DNA from: Longimicrobiales bacterium
GTDB taxonomy: Bacteria; Gemmatimonadota; Gemmatimonadetes; Longimicrobiales; RSA9
Length of the DNA: 64,000 nucleotides
Direction of reading: 5' to 3'
Assembly: GCA_046483065.1 (NCBI GenBank)
Contig: JAWODW010000037.1
Span: 1,779 to 65,778, forward strand
Shown here: one piece after another, positions 30,316-38,649 of the stretch
Layout of the letters: each line of letters begins with the position of its first letter
How positions within the stretch are numbered: the stretch's first letter is position 1
Position numbers and translations under genes: made by a program
Notes under the pieces: generated by a model
Databases searched by the model: none
Told to the model about the DNA's origin: nothing
What the model saw: only the letters and a program-made list of their open reading frames with translations

Positions 30316-30526
30316 CCCAAGGCGGACCGCCCAAGGCGGACCGGGTTTTACTTACCCGCCCAAGGCGGACCGCCCGCCCAAGGCGGACCGGGTTTTACTA
30401 TTTACCGCCGGGCCCTGCATGGCCTCATTCGCTGCCGATCTGCCCCGAATTCGGGCCGTTGGGATAGCAAATCGGGACATCCAGATAGCTGAAATGGCCA
30501 AATTGTAAAAAGTAAAACCAGGTCCG
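30316..30526. mobile_element. MITE-like element: duplicated left end and inverted right end around an AT-richer core
   Basis: CCCAAGGCGGACCG occurs four times in two ~43-bp tandem units, each ending CGGACCGGGTTTTACT (30336..30351 and 30385..30400). The inverted partner AGTAAAACCAGGTCCG is at 30511..30526. The core has a 12-bp palindrome CCCGAATTCGGG (30444..30455). No transposase is present. Confidence 0.45.
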
Positions 30527-30570
30527 TTAGGAGGCCAAGTTAGACGGCCGGCCTCAAACGGAATCCTTGA

Positions 30571-31140
30571 TCCGACGCCGGCGGCGAAGTGTGGCTGTCG
30601 GCGTTCGGCGGCGGTGAGGCGGAAGCCATGGAGGCGGTGATCGTGACGTCGGGCGGTCGCTACCTGGTGGTGGGCGGTACCGAGGGCGGGGAGGGCGACG
30701 ACGCGTGGGTGGTGGCGGTGGAGCCCGACGGCAGCATCGCCTGGCAGAAGACGTACGGGATCGCCGGCGTGTACGACGAGGCGCTGAGCGTCGGGATGAC
30801 CGACCACGGCGGTGCCCTCATCGGCGGGTCGTACTACGAGGACGGCGACGCGGACTGGAGCTGGACGCTGGCCCGCGTCGGGCCCGACGGCGCGCTGAGC
30901 TGGAACCGGAGCTACGAGCGAAGCTTCGACTGGCCGAACTCCGTGGTCGAGCTGTCCGACGACAGCGCGGGCGCGTCGTGCGCGCCCAGCGCCGACCAGA
31001 CCATCGCGGAGGAAGTCACGACGGTCTCACCGGTGGCCAGCAGCGCCACGGTGACCGACGCGGCCATCACGCCTCAGACCACCAGCGCGTCCGTCACGGA
31101 CACCGGCGAGGGGCACGCGTACGACTGCTCGGACGGTTAG
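30571..31140 (+). pseudogene. 5'-truncated fragment of a beta-propeller-type repeat protein
   Basis: The frame is open from 30571 and the track starts it at GTG 30589. No signal peptide or N-terminus. Repeats DDAWVVAVEPDGSIAWQKTYG / DWSWTLARVGPDGALSWNRSY are typical of secreted repeat proteins. The upstream region is AT-richer repeat DNA. Confidence 0.5.
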
Positions 31141-31187
31141 AAGAGCACTTCCGCGAAGTCGAGGTCCTCATCGCACAGGTCACCGCG

Positions 31188-31715
31188 TCACTGGCCATCG
31201 CCCACGGGCCGCGACGCGGGCACATCGATGGCGCTGAACCCGTCGGCGTGGATCCGCCACTCCCCCCGCGAGTTCCGCTTCCAGATCACGATGAACTTCC
31301 CGCGGCTGCCCTCGGCCTCCGGCGACGCGTCGGGCGCCCGGAGGGTGTAGACCCCTACGTCGTAGGCCATGCCACCGCTGATCTCACGGTCCACGATCTC
31401 GAAGGCGATCTCGGGACCGGCGCCGCCGTCCCGGGTATAGCGCTCGAGGAAGGAGAATTGCCCGCGGAACTGGTCCTGCCCGTGGAGGATCGGCGAGCCC
31501 GGCGGTAGGTAGTACGCGTCGCGGGCGTAGACCCCGTCCATGAGGAGCGTGATGTTGGCCTGGGCGTACGCCTCGCTGAACGTGGCATAGACGCTGTCCA
31601 GCGCGGCATTCACGGCCCCCCGCTGTGCCGCGGCCTCGGGGTCCGGTACGGTGCACGCCGTGACGAACAAGCACAGGAGGGCGGCCAGGGTGGCGGACAG
31701 GGCGTCGTGGTGCAT
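31188..31715 (-). CDS. SnoaL-like/DUF4440-type (NTF2 fold) lipoprotein
   Basis: Lipobox LCLFVTAC. ...GKFIVIWKRNSRGEWRIHADGF C-terminal motif is typical of DUF4440. Confidence 0.7.
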   Translation of the reverse strand: MHHDALSATLAALLCLFVTACTVPDPEAAAQRGAVNAALDSVYATFSEAYAQANITLLMDGVYARDAYYLPPGSPILHGQDQFRGQFSFLERYTRDGGAGPEIAFEIVDREISGGMAYDVGVYTLRAPDASPEAEGSRGKFIVIWKRNSRGEWRIHADGFSAIDVPASRPVGDGQ

Positions 31716-31790
31716 GGAGCTCTTGGTGCGGGTCGATCTCGCGATCGTTGCGTCGGCCGGCCCCGTCGGGCCGTACGCCCCCGGGACCGC

Positions 31791-31919
31791 CTATTCGTCG
31801 GCCAGCGCCGTGTGCGGGTCGATCCGCGTGGCCTGGCGGACTGGAAGATAGCTGACCAAGGCCGCCACCGTAACCAGCGCGCCGGCGGCCAGCGCCACCT
31901 CCGCCACGTTGATCGCCCG
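31791..31919 (-). pseudogene. 3'-terminal remnant (42 codons) of an FtsX/MacB-type ABC permease gene
   Basis: Not in the ORF track. The minus frame reads RAINVAEVALAAGALVTVAALVSYLPVRQATRIDPHTALADE*, i.e. the last TM helix plus the canonical ..P.R.A.RIDP..AL..E tail. An in-frame TAG lies immediately upstream (31920..31922). Confidence 0.6.
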
Positions 31920-31949
31920 CTACCCGCCGCCCCGCCGCGGGGGCGGGCT

Positions 31950-32120
31950 GTCCCAAATGCGCCGTTGGCGTGGGCCGGGAGGACCACCTGCGGCTTTGGG
32001 GCCCTACGCGACCCATATCCCGCATTGGCCGTTGGCAGGGAGGAACGAAAGGAGGATTCGGGTCTCTACGCGACCGATTCTCCGCATTGACTGGATTCAA
32101 GGCTGCGGGCGGAGCATTTC
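31950..32120. repeat. Three degenerate ~58-bp tandem repeats downstream of the AAA ATPase gene
   Basis: Units share ..CTACGCGACC..(A/T)TC(C/T)CCGCATTG(G/A)C..GG..GGGAGGA.. (compare 32003..32040 with 32066..32100, and 31953..31990). Confidence 0.6.
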
Positions 32121-32179
32121 GGCGCCCTGGGCACGGACCTGTCTTATCCGGGCGCGGCGACGTCCGTTGCTCGCGCCCC

Positions 32180-33316
32180 CTACACCACCAGCTCCCGCTT
32201 CGCCCACTCCCGGAAGTACGGGTTGTCGAACCGGACCCCAGCGCCGGTACGGCCCAGGATGGACCGACGCACCAGCGCCTCCAGGCCGGTGGCCACCGAC
32301 GATGCGGCACCGAGACCGTACAGCTCCCGGGTGTCGGTGGAGTGGAGCTGCTCGGCCCCGGCGGCCACCGCCCGGAGGATCCGCTGCTGGAGCGGCGTCA
32401 GATCGTCGAACGTGCGGCGGAGCGCCGGGTCGTCCTGCGTCACGATCTCCCCGATGGCACCCTCCACCGATCCGGGACCCGCCACGCCCTCCTGCGCACA
32501 GCGGAACCAGAGCACCCGGGCCGCCTGCACGATGTCCTGGGTGCGCGGGCCGACCCGCTCCACCAGCTCCCGGCCCACGCCCGCGGCCTCCACGCCGGCA
32601 CCCGTCAGCCGGCTGTCGATCCAGTGGGCCAGGTGGTCCGCGTCGATGGGGCCGAGATCCAGGCGGTCGAAGAACTTGTAGAACGCACGCTTCGGCTGCA
32701 GCATCTCGGCGATCAGGCTCCCCTTCGAGCCCGCGCACACATAGCCGGTCGTTCGGTTCTCCTGCATCCGTCGACGCAGCAGCCACTCCGCCGCCTCGCC
32801 GCCCAGCTCCGCGATCCGCTGGAACTCGTCCAGCACCACCACCACAGGCGACGACGACTCCGACGCCACCTCCTCAACCCGGTCCAGGACCCCCTCCAGC
32901 AGCTCCCGCTCCCCCTCCTCGCCACGAGGACGCGACTCCAACGCCACCGACAGCCGGGGCAGACCCGACAAGTCGTAGCCCAGCGTGACCACCGGAGCCA
33001 GACCCCGCGCCCACTCCGACAGTCGGTCCCGCCACAGCTCTACCGCCGCCACCGCACGCAGGAGCCGGTTCGACACCTCCGTCAGCGACGACGCCGTGGC
33101 CAGATCCGCCTGCAGCACTGTGCCACCCGCCACCTCCACACGCTCCGCAGCCACGCCGATAACGGTGCTCTTCCCCATCCGCCGCGGGCCCGTCACAAGG
33201 AGCCGCGCCCGGTCGGCTATGGCCCGCCGCACCACGGCCACCTCGTCGGCCCGATCGGTGAAATAGGCGTCGCGGACGTGCTCGGCGACCCGGAAAGGAT
33301 TCCTCAGCTCGCGCAT
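32180..33316 (-). CDS. AAA+ ATPase of the archaeal-ATPase (PF01637-like) type with C-terminal winged-helix-like region
   Basis: Walker A GPRRMGKST, Walker B VVVVLDEFQ. FTDRADEVAVVRRAI N-terminal motif. The C-terminus LTPLQQRILRAVAAG is wHTH-like. Confidence 0.75.
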   Translation of the reverse strand: MRELRNPFRVAEHVRDAYFTDRADEVAVVRRAIADRARLLVTGPRRMGKSTVIGVAAERVEVAGGTVLQADLATASSLTEVSNRLLRAVAAVELWRDRLSEWARGLAPVVTLGYDLSGLPRLSVALESRPRGEEGERELLEGVLDRVEEVASESSSPVVVVLDEFQRIAELGGEAAEWLLRRRMQENRTTGYVCAGSKGSLIAEMLQPKRAFYKFFDRLDLGPIDADHLAHWIDSRLTGAGVEAAGVGRELVERVGPRTQDIVQAARVLWFRCAQEGVAGPGSVEGAIGEIVTQDDPALRRTFDDLTPLQQRILRAVAAGAEQLHSTDTRELYGLGAASSVATGLEALVRRSILGRTGAGVRFDNPYFREWAKRELVV

Positions 33317-33338
33317 GGCTCTCTGACGTTCGGGGTTC

Positions 33339-33367
33339 TACGTTACGTTACATTACGTTACGTTAGT
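33339..33367. repeat. Pentanucleotide microsatellite (TTACG)n in a divergent promoter region
   Basis: TACG TTACG TTACA TTACG TTACG TTAG is six near-perfect 5-bp units. It is AT-rich relative to its surroundings, and lies between ATPase start 33316 and hydrolase start 33477. Confidence 0.9.
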
Positions 33368-33476
33368 CTACATAACCTAGCGCCTCTGTCAAGGACCCGG
33401 CCGGGTGTCCTACCTTGTGACGGTCCGCCACCCGATACATCTTGCGACCGTGCTCCCCAACCCTGGAGGCGAAGCC

Positions 33477-34361
33477 ATGCGTTGTATCCCGATCCATGCC
33501 ACGCGCGGCGCCCCCGCCTGCGCGGTCGTCCTTTCGCTCGTCCTCACCTTCCTCTTGGCCGGTCCGTCGGCGGCGCAGGAGACGGGCGAGACGCATCACG
33601 ACGGGCTCCCGCCGGGCGCCGAGGGCGCGGTGGAGGCGCTGAACGCGTCGCCGCGCCACGGTGAGTGGGCGATGGTCCGTCTGGAGAACGGCGACAGCGT
33701 GCGGAGCTGGGTGGTCTACCCGGAGCGTAGTGACGCGGCGCCGGTGGTGGTGGTGATCCACGAGATCTACGGGCTGACGAACTGGGTGCGTGCCGTGGCC
33801 GACCAGACGGCGGCGACCGGTTTCATCGCCATCGCGCCGGACCTGCTGACCATGGAGGGCGTGCCCACCGACGCGGCCGGCGACCCGGAGCAGCAGCCGG
33901 CGGTGGCGGCCATCCGCGGGCTGGACGACGACCGGGTACATCGCCAGATCCGGGCGGTGGCGGAGTACGCCATGGGTCTGGCCGCGGCCCGGCCGGTGTA
34001 CGGGATCACGGGGTTCTGCTGGGGCGGCAGCACCAGCTTCGAGCACGCCACCCGCTACGAAGACATCATGGGCGCCGTCCCCTTCTACGGCGGCTCGCCC
34101 TCGGAGGCGGCGCTGGGCCGTGTGCGGGTCCCGGTCCTGGGCCACTACGGCGGGGATGACGCCCGTGTGAACGCCACGATCCCCCGGGCGGAGGCCGTGC
34201 TGGGCGGCGACTACTGGCCGAACATCTACGATGACGCCGGCCACGGCTTCCTGCGGCAGCAGAGCGGCCGTGACGGGGCCAACCACCGGGCGTCGGTCCA
34301 GGCGTGGCCGATGACGGTCGGGTTCTTCCGGGCGGCCGCGTACTACGCGGGTGGGAACTGA
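33477..34361 (+). CDS. Dienelactone hydrolase family protein (secreted)
   Basis: Signal peptide ...LTFLLAGPSAAQE. VVVVIHEIYGLTNWVRAVAD...GFCWGG...GHGF motifs. GGAGG upstream of ATG 33477. Confidence 0.85.
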   Translation: MRCIPIHATRGAPACAVVLSLVLTFLLAGPSAAQETGETHHDGLPPGAEGAVEALNASPRHGEWAMVRLENGDSVRSWVVYPERSDAAPVVVVIHEIYGLTNWVRAVADQTAATGFIAIAPDLLTMEGVPTDAAGDPEQQPAVAAIRGLDDDRVHRQIRAVAEYAMGLAAARPVYGITGFCWGGSTSFEHATRYEDIMGAVPFYGGSPSEAALGRVRVPVLGHYGGDDARVNATIPRAEAVLGGDYWPNIYDDAGHGFLRQQSGRDGANHRASVQAWPMTVGFFRAAAYYAGGN

Positions 34362-34383
34362 TCCCGTGACGGCGGTCTGACCC

Positions 34384-35142
34384 GTGTTTCCGCTGCGCGA
34401 CGAGAACCCCACGGAGCTGGTCCCCTACATCACGCTGGCGCTCATCGCCATCAACGTGGCGGTGTGGATCATGGTCCAGGGCGCCGGGCTGGACATGCAG
34501 GCGCTCCAGCAGAGCGTGTGCACCTACGGCGCGATCCCGTCGGAGATCACCGGCCAGACCAGCACGCTGCCCCGGGGCTTCCGGGGCCTCCAGTGCCCCA
34601 CCGGCGGGCTCACATGGGGCGCCATCCTCACCAGCATGTTTCTGCACGGCAGCTGGATGCACCTGATCGGGAACGTCTGGTTCCTGTGGATCTTCGGGAA
34701 CAACATCGAGGACAGCCTGGGCCACGGCCGCTTCCTCCTCTTCTACCTTTTGACCGGCGCAGCGGCGGCCGCCGGCCACATCCTGAGCGCGCCCGGTTCC
34801 CCGGTCCCCATGGTTGGCGCGTCGGGCGCCATCAGCGGGATCATGGGCGCGTACCTGCTCCTCTACCCGAGGGTACGGATCCTCACCCTCTTCTTCTTCG
34901 TGATCTTCATCCGGATCATCCCGCTTCCCGCCTGGGTCATGCTCGGCTACTGGTTCCTGATCCAGCTCCTGAGCGGGACGGCCACGGGCGGGGCGTCAGG
35001 CGTGGCGTTCTGGGCCCACGTGGGCGGCTTCGTAGCCGGGCTGGCCCTGGTCAAGCCGTTTGAAAACCGACAGTTGGTGGAGGCGAAGCGGCAGCATGTC
35101 AAGCTCGATAAGCGAGATATCCGCCGAGGGGGGTGGTGGTGA
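34384..35142 (+). CDS. Rhomboid family intramembrane serine protease
   Basis: GTG start. MFLHGSWMHLIGNVWFLWIFG and GASGAISGIMGAY (catalytic Ser) plus a downstream His (AHVGGFVAG). Confidence 0.92.
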   Translation: MFPLRDENPTELVPYITLALIAINVAVWIMVQGAGLDMQALQQSVCTYGAIPSEITGQTSTLPRGFRGLQCPTGGLTWGAILTSMFLHGSWMHLIGNVWFLWIFGNNIEDSLGHGRFLLFYLLTGAAAAAGHILSAPGSPVPMVGASGAISGIMGAYLLLYPRVRILTLFFFVIFIRIIPLPAWVMLGYWFLIQLLSGTATGGASGVAFWAHVGGFVAGLALVKPFENRQLVEAKRQHVKLDKRDIRRGGWW

Positions 35143-35272
35143 TTGCCGCCGCATCTGCGCGCGCGGCGGCGACTGGGGGATGAACGGTCGCGGCAGGCCG
35201 GGTTCACGGGGTCTGCTTGACTCGCGGCTCTTTTCATTACCGGCGGCTGATGGGGAAACTGGGGGTCCGATG

Positions 35273-35570
35273 TTCGCGGCGGGGCTGCGTTCGCGGTGAC
35301 TCCGGGCTGGCTTGCCGGTGGAATCTGAGCACCGGGGTTTGAACCGCTTCCGGTCTTCCATGCGGCGCGGTTCGAACCGGCTCGATCGGGTTGACGTGGA
35401 CCGACGCGGGCGGTTCAAAGGCGGCGGCGAGCCGGCCGGCAGACCACCCCACGCCCGAACCAACCCCGATCTCAGTCGAGCACCCACCCCCACTCCCCCC
35501 ATCGTACCGCGAACCCAACCAGGCCCCGAACGCTCAATCCAACCCCGCGAACCCCGACTCCACCGCGAAC
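35273..35570. repeat. Long palindromic intergenic element with GTTCGCGG / CCGCGAAC arms
   Basis: GTTCGCGG at 35273 and 35290. CCGCGAAC at 35507, 35545 and 35563. The left arm GCGTTCGCGGTGA also occurs at 5497..5509. Confidence 0.7.
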
Positions 35571-35638
35571 CCTGCTCCCCCCCTCGCGGCCCGAAAGCAG
35601 AAGCGTCAGCCCCGAGATCGCGCCCGACAGGGCCGCCC

Positions 35639-37453
35639 TCAGTGCCCGACTGCCGCCGCGTCCGCATCGCGGGGGTCCGGCGCGCCGGCGATCCGGCCAT
35701 CGGGCCGCACACGAATCGAATGGGCGTGCCCCTGGGCGCCGCGGATGTCGATGGAGTGGCCGCGATCCCGGAGCCCCAGCAGGACGGCCTCGGGCCAGTC
35801 GGCGTCCTCCATCCGCAGCCGGTCCGGGAGCCACTGGTGGTGGACCCGGGGCGCCTGGACGGCTGCGAGGATCCCCATGTCGAACTCCATCAGGTTGAGG
35901 CTCACCTGGAGCACGGTGTTGATGATGGTCCGCCCGCCGGGGCTGCCCACCACGGCGAAGAGGCCGCCGTCGGGGTCCTCGAGGATGGTGGGTGACATGC
36001 TTGAGAGCATCCGCTTCCCGGGCTCGGCCAGGTTCGGCTCGGTCCCGATGAGCCCACCCTCGGTGGTGAGGCCCGGCGCGGGGTTGAAGTCGCCCATCTC
36101 GTTGTTCAGGAGGAACCCGGCGCCGGGGACGGTGATCCGGGAGCCGTAGCTGTATTCCAGCGTGTACGTGGTGGAAACGGCCATGCCGTCGGGGTCCACC
36201 ACGGAGAAGTGGGTGGTCTGCGCGCTCTCGTGGACCATGGCCACGTCGTCCACCGACGACGGCGTCACGGTGTCGGACTCGATCCCGGCCCGGAGCTCGG
36301 CCGCGTACGCCTTGCTCGTGAGCCGGTCCAGCGGGACGTCCACGAAGTCGGTGTCGGCCAGGTGGCGCGCGCGGTCGCGGTACGCCCGGCGCATGGCCTC
36401 GGCCAGGTGGTGGACGTACGGCGCGGTGTTGTGGCCCATGGCCGCCAGGTCGTACCCCTCGAGGATGTTGAGCATCTCCACGAGGGCGGTCCCGCCGCTG
36501 GACGGCGGCGGCATCCCGATGACGCCGTAGCCCCGGTACGTGCCCCGGACGGGCGCCCGCTCGGCGGGCTCGTAGCGGGCCAGGTCCTCGAGGGTGATGA
36601 GCCCGTCGCCGCGCTCCATTTCGGCGACGAGGAGCCGGGCCGTCTCACCGGCGTAGAACCCGTCGCGGCCCTCGTCCCGGATCCGCTCCAGCGTCCGTGC
36701 CAGATCGGGCTGCCGGAAGATCTCGCCCACCTCGTACGGCTCGCCGTCCTTCGAGAACGCGGCCACGCTGGCGGGGTAGCGCTCGAACGCGTCGAGCACC
36801 GACGCCAGCGACCGGGCGGCGCCGGGCGTCATCTCCCAGCCGTCGGCGGCGAGCCGGACGGCGGGCTCCACCAGCTCCCGCCACGGCAGGCTGCCGTACT
36901 GGTCGTGGACGTACGCCAGGCCGGCCACCGTGCCGGGCACACCCACCGCCCGATGGCTCAGGTGGTGACGCTGCCGGTCGTACTCGCCGTCCTCGTCGAG
37001 CCACATCTCCGGGTGCGCGGCCAGCGGCGCCTTCTCCCGGAAGTCGATGGTCGTAGCCTCGGCGTCGGGCAACCGGACCACCATGAACCCGCCGCCGCCG
37101 ATGTTGCCGGCCCGGGGGTAGACCACCGCCAGTGCGAAGCCGGTGGCCACAGCGGCGTCCACGGCGTTGCCGCCGGCCTGGAGCACCTCATCGCCCACGT
37201 GGCTGGCCAGCGCGTGGGCGGAGACCACCATCCCGTGCTCGGCCACAGCGGCACGGTCGGCGGGCACGGCAGCGACGCCGGGCTCATCGCCCACGGCCGC
37301 CGGGACGGGGTCGGTCCGTTGCACCGGTGTCTCGGCGGGTGCGCCGGCACACGCCGGGAGGGCCACGAGCCCGAACGCCAGGAACAGGGTGGCCAGCCCA
37401 CGCACGGCGGGCCGGGAGAAGTCGGGAACGATAGCGTTGAGCGTCATAGTCAC
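35639..37453 (-). CDS. ggt: Gamma-glutamyltransferase
   Basis: Lipoprotein-like signal (LVALPACAG). GGNAVDAAVA, PPSSGG, autoprocessing/catalytic TTHFSVVD, NNEMGDF. Confidence 0.93.
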   Translation of the reverse strand: MTMTLNAIVPDFSRPAVRGLATLFLAFGLVALPACAGAPAETPVQRTDPVPAAVGDEPGVAAVPADRAAVAEHGMVVSAHALASHVGDEVLQAGGNAVDAAVATGFALAVVYPRAGNIGGGGFMVVRLPDAEATTIDFREKAPLAAHPEMWLDEDGEYDRQRHHLSHRAVGVPGTVAGLAYVHDQYGSLPWRELVEPAVRLAADGWEMTPGAARSLASVLDAFERYPASVAAFSKDGEPYEVGEIFRQPDLARTLERIRDEGRDGFYAGETARLLVAEMERGDGLITLEDLARYEPAERAPVRGTYRGYGVIGMPPPSSGGTALVEMLNILEGYDLAAMGHNTAPYVHHLAEAMRRAYRDRARHLADTDFVDVPLDRLTSKAYAAELRAGIESDTVTPSSVDDVAMVHESAQTTHFSVVDPDGMAVSTTYTLEYSYGSRITVPGAGFLLNNEMGDFNPAPGLTTEGGLIGTEPNLAEPGKRMLSSMSPTILEDPDGGLFAVVGSPGGRTIINTVLQVSLNLMEFDMGILAAVQAPRVHHQWLPDRLRMEDADWPEAVLLGLRDRGHSIDIRGAQGHAHSIRVRPDGRIAGAPDPRDADAAAVGH

Positions 37454-37511
37454 AGAGTGTGCATCGGTCGAAGGTGGTCGAGCGCCGCGTGCAATCGCAG
37501 CCCGTCGCGGT

Positions 37512-38531
37512 CTAGAACGTCTCCAGCTCGCCGGCGTCTACACGGTCCAGCACGGTGCGGATCCGGGCCCACAGCTCATCCAGCTCCAGGTTCGTGAGCC
37601 CGAACTGGATCATGCCTTCCTCCCGGGGCACGCCCCGGTTCTCGTCGATCTTGGCCGTGGGCGGGACCCGTTCCAGGCGGCCATCCTCGCGCACCCGGAA
37701 CTGGGCCACCACGTAGAGCGCGTCGTCCAGCTCGCCCCGGGTCAGCCGCCGCAGCCGCTCGACGGCCTCGCCGGGGACGCGGTCCACATGCAGGTCCCGC
37801 CACACCGTACCCCGCGGACTCGCCGGACTGCGGAACGCCACCCCGTTGTCGACGGCATAGAGCCTGGGCGGTCCCCGGGTGGAGACCAGCACGTTGCCCG
37901 GGTTGGAGTCCACGTGCCGGATCAGGTGCGTGAAGAGGTTCAGGTAGCCGAGGCGCCGGGCGTACGCCGGGTCCCCACCGAGGCGTGCGGTGTCCGGCGC
38001 CTCGGCGGCGTCCACGTTCTGGAGCCAGTACTGCACGGCCACCAGCACCGAGCCCGTTCCCTCGAACGTGGGCTCCGCCTCCGGGTCGAGTTGACGGTAC
38101 GCGGTTAGTGGTAGCTCCCGGATCACGGTGGGCGGGACCACCCAGTCGGCCTCGTCGAAGAAGAGCTTCTGGAAGGCGTACGCCGCCGCCTCGTAGCGGG
38201 GCTGGTTGTTGATGGCGAACCCGCCCGGCGGCGCCTTGGCCCACTTCACCCGGATGCGCCGCCCATCGCTGAACTGGATGTCCGTCTGCTGGGTCCGATC
38301 GCCCTGCCACCGGTTGTCGCGGATCCCGACGATCTGGAACGGGTCGCCGGCCAGGCGGGCCTCGACGGCCGTGGGGGAGAAGACGTAGTTGGGGCCGTAC
38401 GTGGACGCCTGCGGATCGCTCGTCGGGAGAGCGCTGTCCGGGCGGCTCCCGCCCTGGGCCACAGCGGGAGCCGCCACAACGGCGGCCGCCACCGCCAGGA
38501 CCGAGAGGCGTGTTCGGGAGAATGTTCGCAT
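37512..38531 (-). CDS. Signal-peptide protein with PI3/PI4-kinase (type II PI4K-like) motifs, paralogue 2
   Basis: Signal peptide MRTFSRTRLSVLAVAAAVVAAPAVAQG. Motifs VKWAKAP, NNQPRYEAAAYAFQKLF...VVPPTV, RHVDSNPGNVLV, YAVDNGVAF. C-terminal FGLTNLELDELWARIRTVLDRVDAGELETF matches paralogue 1. Confidence 0.65.
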   Translation of the reverse strand: MRTFSRTRLSVLAVAAAVVAAPAVAQGGSRPDSALPTSDPQASTYGPNYVFSPTAVEARLAGDPFQIVGIRDNRWQGDRTQQTDIQFSDGRRIRVKWAKAPPGGFAINNQPRYEAAAYAFQKLFFDEADWVVPPTVIRELPLTAYRQLDPEAEPTFEGTGSVLVAVQYWLQNVDAAEAPDTARLGGDPAYARRLGYLNLFTHLIRHVDSNPGNVLVSTRGPPRLYAVDNGVAFRSPASPRGTVWRDLHVDRVPGEAVERLRRLTRGELDDALYVVAQFRVREDGRLERVPPTAKIDENRGVPREEGMIQFGLTNLELDELWARIRTVLDRVDAGELETF

Positions 38532-38649
38532 GGGGGCAACATACCGGCGGCCCGGGGGCCGCGGCCAGTATCTTGCCCCGGGCCGCCGTCACAGGCCAGA
38601 TTATGGACACTTCCCTCGCAACACGTCACTCATCAGGCAGACCGTCGCC

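Noticed and set aside
35330-35385. The GGTTTGAACC / GGTTCGAACC motifs resemble tRNA T-loops. A similar GGTGCGATCCGCC occurs at 49645.
   Set aside because: No complementary T-stem, acceptor stem or anticodon arm could be built around them. They lie inside repeat or leader regions. I found no convincing tRNA in the window.
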